DNA from: Candidatus Levyibacteriota bacterium | Lineage (GTDB): Bacteria > Patescibacteriota > Microgenomatia > Levybacterales > UBA12049 | Assembly (NCBI GenBank): GCA_027459745.1 | Contig: DAIDHL010000002.1 | Location: forward strand, 9,113-73,112 | Direction: 5' to 3' | Length of the DNA stretch: 64,000 bases | Shown here: piece by piece, positions 59,929-64,000 of the stretch | Numbering within the stretch: the first letter of the stretch is position 1 | Layout of the letters: every line of letters begins with the position of its first letter | The notes under the pieces: generated by a model | Databases searched by the model: none | Told to the model about the DNA's origin: nothing | What the model saw: only the letters and a program-made list of their open reading frames with translations | Made by a program: the position numbers and the translations under genes

Positions 59929-62900
59929 ATGGCTGCCCTTAATTCGCCCCCCGCATCTAAATTTAGCCTGCTAAGATCTCGTGTAATCTCTGGGATTAGG
60001 CATCCTTTTGGACGCCACAATATTGGCAACCCATATCGCAATAATGATTCAAACAACTCCCGCTCCAAAACAACATCTTTGTTTTTAAGTCGAGAAGAGT
60101 CAGAGCAACGTAGATTCCAAACCGAAAGAGCTATATCTGATTTACAAAACTTCTTTAGAGAGAACATACCCACGAAAAGAGACTTACAAAATTCTAAGGC
60201 ATTTTCTTTATGGTTAAGCTCTAATGGTTTGCTTCCGCAATTTAAAAAATTATGGCACGAGAAGATTATTTTTGAAAAAACTTATCATACCTCCTCTTCT
60301 CGGTTGTTATCAAATTATTCAAGTGATGACTCCAGGAATATTTTTTCTAGATTCGCTCCGAGATATTTTCAATTGAGATCTAAATACATACAAAAAACTG
60401 TTGAATCATTAGCCAATGTTGACATGTTGCTTCCATTACTTAGACAACAATTAAATGCTGTAAATCCAAGTAATAATTCAATTAGTACTAAAACGCCTTC
60501 CTCCTCGTTTAGTCTGGATCCAGCGAGTTTAAGATCGACCTTAATGTCTATTGCTACAGCTACAGATCAGATGAGGCCCAACCCAGGCGCCTCATCGCCC
60601 ACATTAGAGAAGCACCAAGAGACAGCCTCATTAGGAAATGACAGTAAAAAAGCAGAGGTTGTTATGCACCAGGAAGCAGTTAAGAAAGTAGACGAACAAG
60701 AGTCAGATAAAAAAAATGATGCGGATAAAACAGACAACCACAAAAAGGATCTTCAGATTCAAGATTTAATAACTCCCGCTCCTTCCGCCAACAATACCAG
60801 TGGCTCTCTGACTCACTCAATCAATCCTAAACCATCTATGGGGTTTGAAAAACAATCATTTACCTTTATAGTTCCGCCCCAACCGTCTCTTAAAGAAGAG
60901 ACTAAGGAAACTCTTCCTACTAAAAAATATTGGTCAAGAGTTTCGAAAAAGTTTTCTGAATTCCCTTTTTTAAGAAGAACTGCTGCCCCAAATCCACTAC
61001 GACAGCAAGTTGATGCAGTCAGGTGGATTAAATACGCCAACACTTCCTTAAATAACTTACCCGATGCACAATTAGCCCAACATGATCCTAATTTCCCCCG
61101 CTATAGAGCGGCTTACAAACAACAAGAAGCTTTTCTGAAGCAAAGAGGATTAAGTAGGTGGAGATCGCCCTCCATGTCAAGCAATCCTAGTATTTCCCAA
61201 CAGAGAGAAATCAGTTTGCCACCAGAAACTTTACCATTCGCAAAAGAAGCAACCACTGGAAGCGCAATATCTGTAAATCTTCAAGATCGGATTACAAATC
61301 CAACTATTATTCCAACCACAGAACCTCTCCACATGCAAGCAAAAAGAGACGCAGCTACTTTGTATAGACAAGCTGGCGAAGTGCCAAATGAATTGTCTTC
61401 TAGTGTAAGACAGGCTCTTGTTGCACGAAATTTATCACAACTTAAACAACCATTTTCAAGTTTACAAGGCCAATTACCAAACATCACTTTTGCACAGATT
61501 CACCAGGGAGAAATAGAAATTGCCAGATTGCAAGCTAAAATTCAATCCCAAAGGCCAGTTACTAAATTATCGACATTAATTACTCCCACACCTCCATTAA
61601 GTTCTGGCCCACAAGATCCCATCAGGCTCACAGTTACACCAACATCTATCACCCCATCTCCTGTTCAGGATGGAAGTAGAATTGACAACACTAATATAAC
61701 TAAAAAAACAAATGTTCCAACTACAATAACGCAGCCAGGTTTTAATGCAACTTTTAACCTTAATATCCCTAGCAGACAGATTCCAGAAAGTGCTTCATTC
61801 AATATTACACATCAGACTAAACCATCCACAATCAAATTTTCCTTTAAGTCTGGGATCCCCGCTTCTAGCAGAAGATCGTTGAGACGGGAAGAAGAAGGTG
61901 AAGATTATTCTTATTTGCCAGAAAGAGATAATCCGTCTTTTACTGACAACTATTCTACTCCCAACGATGAACAAGATACTCTAAATTCAACAACCACAGC
62001 CACTGAGGAGGATCAGTCTGATCCGCAGAAAAAAAATCGTGGCTTGCTCGATACAAGAAGTTTTATTTCAAAGTATAGACTCGCTATCGGAGTTTCAGGT
62101 GGAGCTGTAATGATTTTTTTGCTGGTGTTTGTATTAGGATTGAATGGGGTAGATGCTGGTCCAAGTACTGATAACGGAAGTGGAACAAACGGTGGAGGAT
62201 CTACTTATAATCAGCAAAATGTAGTCTTACAAAAAACAGTTGACAATACAACTGGAAACTCTATTAAGTCGGGTTCTAAATTAACGTACACGATCACTGT
62301 CAATGTGGAAAACGATCCAGTCCAAGAGATTGATGTGACGGACCCAATAACATTTAGCATTAAAGGAGCACCCACCCAGGTAACGGCTCCCTATAGTTAT
62401 GAAGCTTCAAGTAAGACTTTATCATGGAAGTTGACCAATCCTCCTCAGCCAGGTGGATCCACCACGTTAAGCTTTACAGTAAGTCCAACAGATAATAATA
62501 CTTCAATTTATAACATAGCTTACGCCAATGTGATAGGTAGTCAATCCGGAACTGGTAGTTTAGTGGGTAGCACTATTCCTTCCAACACCTCCAACTGCAA
62601 TAATAGGTGGAATATCACCTCAGGGTACCATGATGGAGTAAATTTTGGTGACCCAGCCTGCGTCTTGGCAAAATCGGCTCTAGTACAAAACTATCCAGGT
62701 GCACAAAACTACCCCACATGGGAGAACAACCCAGCATGGCCGAAATCGCCAGAACAGGCGTTAGTTGATTTAGTAAATCAAGACGATCCAGCTAATGCAG
62801 ATTATTGGCTAGGCATATCTGCTTGTGAATCTCAATATGATCCAAATACAGTAGCATCTAACGGTCCGGTCGGTCTTTTCCAAATGGGTCACCCTGGTGT

Positions 62901-63048
62901 GACAGTAACCAATGGTCAGTATGATAATGGCTACGTACAGTGGCAACAACAAGTAGCAAATGCAGTCATTTATGAAAAAAACCTAAAAACGCTCGGAGCT
63001 GCTTGGAAATATTGGGCTTGCGCAAGAGATGTTTTTGGCTTATGGTAA
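59929..63048 (+). CDS. large membrane-anchored protein with an Ig-like (DUF11-like) domain and a C-terminal lysozyme/SLT-like domain
   Basis: Disordered N-terminus, TM near aa 715-737, L.K.V...G..LTYTITV..V.D, then I.ACES..DPN...GLFQ. Confidence 0.65.
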   Translation: MAALNSPPASKFSLLRSRVISGIRHPFGRHNIGNPYRNNDSNNSRSKTTSLFLSREESEQRRFQTERAISDLQNFFRENIPTKRDLQNSKAFSLWLSSNGLLPQFKKLWHEKIIFEKTYHTSSSRLLSNYSSDDSRNIFSRFAPRYFQLRSKYIQKTVESLANVDMLLPLLRQQLNAVNPSNNSISTKTPSSSFSLDPASLRSTLMSIATATDQMRPNPGASSPTLEKHQETASLGNDSKKAEVVMHQEAVKKVDEQESDKKNDADKTDNHKKDLQIQDLITPAPSANNTSGSLTHSINPKPSMGFEKQSFTFIVPPQPSLKEETKETLPTKKYWSRVSKKFSEFPFLRRTAAPNPLRQQVDAVRWIKYANTSLNNLPDAQLAQHDPNFPRYRAAYKQQEAFLKQRGLSRWRSPSMSSNPSISQQREISLPPETLPFAKEATTGSAISVNLQDRITNPTIIPTTEPLHMQAKRDAATLYRQAGEVPNELSSSVRQALVARNLSQLKQPFSSLQGQLPNITFAQIHQGEIEIARLQAKIQSQRPVTKLSTLITPTPPLSSGPQDPIRLTVTPTSITPSPVQDGSRIDNTNITKKTNVPTTITQPGFNATFNLNIPSRQIPESASFNITHQTKPSTIKFSFKSGIPASSRRSLRREEEGEDYSYLPERDNPSFTDNYSTPNDEQDTLNSTTTATEEDQSDPQKKNRGLLDTRSFISKYRLAIGVSGGAVMIFLLVFVLGLNGVDAGPSTDNGSGTNGGGSTYNQQNVVLQKTVDNTTGNSIKSGSKLTYTITVNVENDPVQEIDVTDPITFSIKGAPTQVTAPYSYEASSKTLSWKLTNPPQPGGSTTLSFTVSPTDNNTSIYNIAYANVIGSQSGTGSLVGSTIPSNTSNCNNRWNITSGYHDGVNFGDPACVLAKSALVQNYPGAQNYPTWENNPAWPKSPEQALVDLVNQDDPANADYWLGISACESQYDPNTVASNGPVGLFQMGHPGVTVTNGQYDNGYVQWQQQVANAVIYEKNLKTLGAAWKYWACARDVFGLW

Positions 63049-63577
63049 ACTTATGAGTACAAAGTTAAAAGTATTATATACTCTAATATTCTTATCGGTA
63101 TTAATAATGATTGCTATAATTGTTGGCATGTTAGCCTCATATAACAATAAAGACTTATCTAATATTACCCCCCCACCTCTTCCTTCGCCGGTTATATCTA
63201 TGACTACACCAACACTCCCTCCTCAACAATCAATAGAATCATTGGTTAATAGAGTAAACAATAAAAAGCCACTCGACACGTCTGATGACACGATTAGGAA
63301 AAGTTTAATTACTAAAGCCAATCAAAATGGGCTTGTTATACATACTAACGATTACAATATTAATTACTCCAAAGACGCAAATGTTTTTCAAATAGAACTA
63401 TTAACACAAGATATTACTCCTGCCATAACTAAGGCTATCTCCTGGTTTAGAGACTTAGGTATGAGTAATCAAGGAATGTGCAATCTGCCACTCATAATAT
63501 ATAGAGATCCAAAGGCATTTAATCCAAATCTTAAGGCAGGAATGGAATTCTATTCATTACCCTTTACGTGTCAATAA
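63029..63577 (+). CDS. single-TM protein with a Pro-rich linker
   Basis: N-terminal TM, PPPLPSP linker, A..WF...G.....C.L tail. Confidence 0.7.
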   Translation: MFLAYGKLMSTKLKVLYTLIFLSVLIMIAIIVGMLASYNNKDLSNITPPPLPSPVISMTTPTLPPQQSIESLVNRVNNKKPLDTSDDTIRKSLITKANQNGLVIHTNDYNINYSKDANVFQIELLTQDITPAITKAISWFRDLGMSNQGMCNLPLIIYRDPKAFNPNLKAGMEFYSLPFTCQ

Positions 63578-63582
63578 ATCTT

Positions 63583-64000
63583 ATGAAAAGAATACTTTTA
63601 TTTTTATTATCTTTTACATTTATTTTTATTTCATCAGGATTAGTTTTCGCGCAAGACTCTAACAGCAATTGTGTTATTACCAATATTGGCACTGGTAATC
63701 CAAATGCTATACCTCCAAATTGTTCACAGAACTCTAGTAGTGGTACATCAAATATGGCTAGTACGGCCATGGCATTATTCGACGCAGGCAGCCCATGTGG
63801 TGACATAAATAAAAGCACGTATAATTGTATGATAAGAAATATTAAATACTCTTCAATGCCATACCCTGAAGCAGCCGCAAGCAACATATCAAATGGGGTA
63901 AACAATGTGGTAGATCCTTATCAGTGCATCAACTTTGTAGAATCAACAGTTGCAGGAACTTACGGAAATATCTGGGACTCATGGAACAACGCCAACTGGT
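63583..64000 (+). CDS. secreted protein with a probable CHAP domain, partial
   Basis: Manual translation MKRILLFLLSF... (signal peptide) through YQCINFV...NNANW, open to the window end. Confidence 0.65.
   Translation, partial: MKRILLFLLSFTFIFISSGLVFAQDSNSNCVITNIGTGNPNAIPPNCSQNSSSGTSNMASTAMALFDAGSPCGDINKSTYNCMIRNIKYSSMPYPEAAASNISNGVNNVVDPYQCINFVESTVAGTYGNIWDSWNNANW

Noticed and set aside
668-61487. Numerous 60-160 aa ORFs overlapping larger genes
   Set aside because: They are antisense or alternate-frame shadows of well-supported CDSs and show no motifs.
63564-63905. 113-aa ORF on the - strand
   Set aside because: It is the shadow of the + strand secreted CHAP-like gene starting at 63583.
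1-64000. Alternative genetic code (UGA recoding)
   Set aside because: Conserved genes are full length under code 11, and TGA is used as a stop (for example at 7652 and 31791).

Overview
AT-rich chromosomal window, genetic code 11, that looks like a Patescibacteria/CPR genome, probably Microgenomates-like. This assignment is inferred from gene content and style: archaeal-type pyrH and ATP-dependent ligase, a VirB4/PrgI/multi-pilin locus, tRNA-Arg(GCG) and many apparently leaderless genes. Positions 1-34 kb hold housekeeping and repair genes (EndoQ-like nuclease, ligase, recF, pyrH, mutM, ftsH, trpS, tgt, murD, Xer-like recombinase, P1B ATPase, Hsp20), interspersed orphans and eight tRNAs. Positions 37-64 kb are a T4SS-like/pilin locus with GT-C glycosyltransferases, cell-wall hydrolase domains and large orphan proteins. 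The most notable observations are: (1) a complete TrpR-operator, Trp leader peptide and attenuator circuit upstream of non-biosynthetic genes; (2) a tRNA-Ser with an ACT anticodon in place of GCT, next to tRNA-Arg(GCG); (3) several palindromic and 7-/9-mer repeat families inserted in-frame in conserved proteins; (4) two homologous att/recombinase-tail-like scars that delimit cargo cassettes after tRNA-Ser(TGA); (5) the pilin/T4SS-like locus with an adhesin-pilin fusion and candidate effectors. All calls come from reading the sequence by eye; no searches were run.
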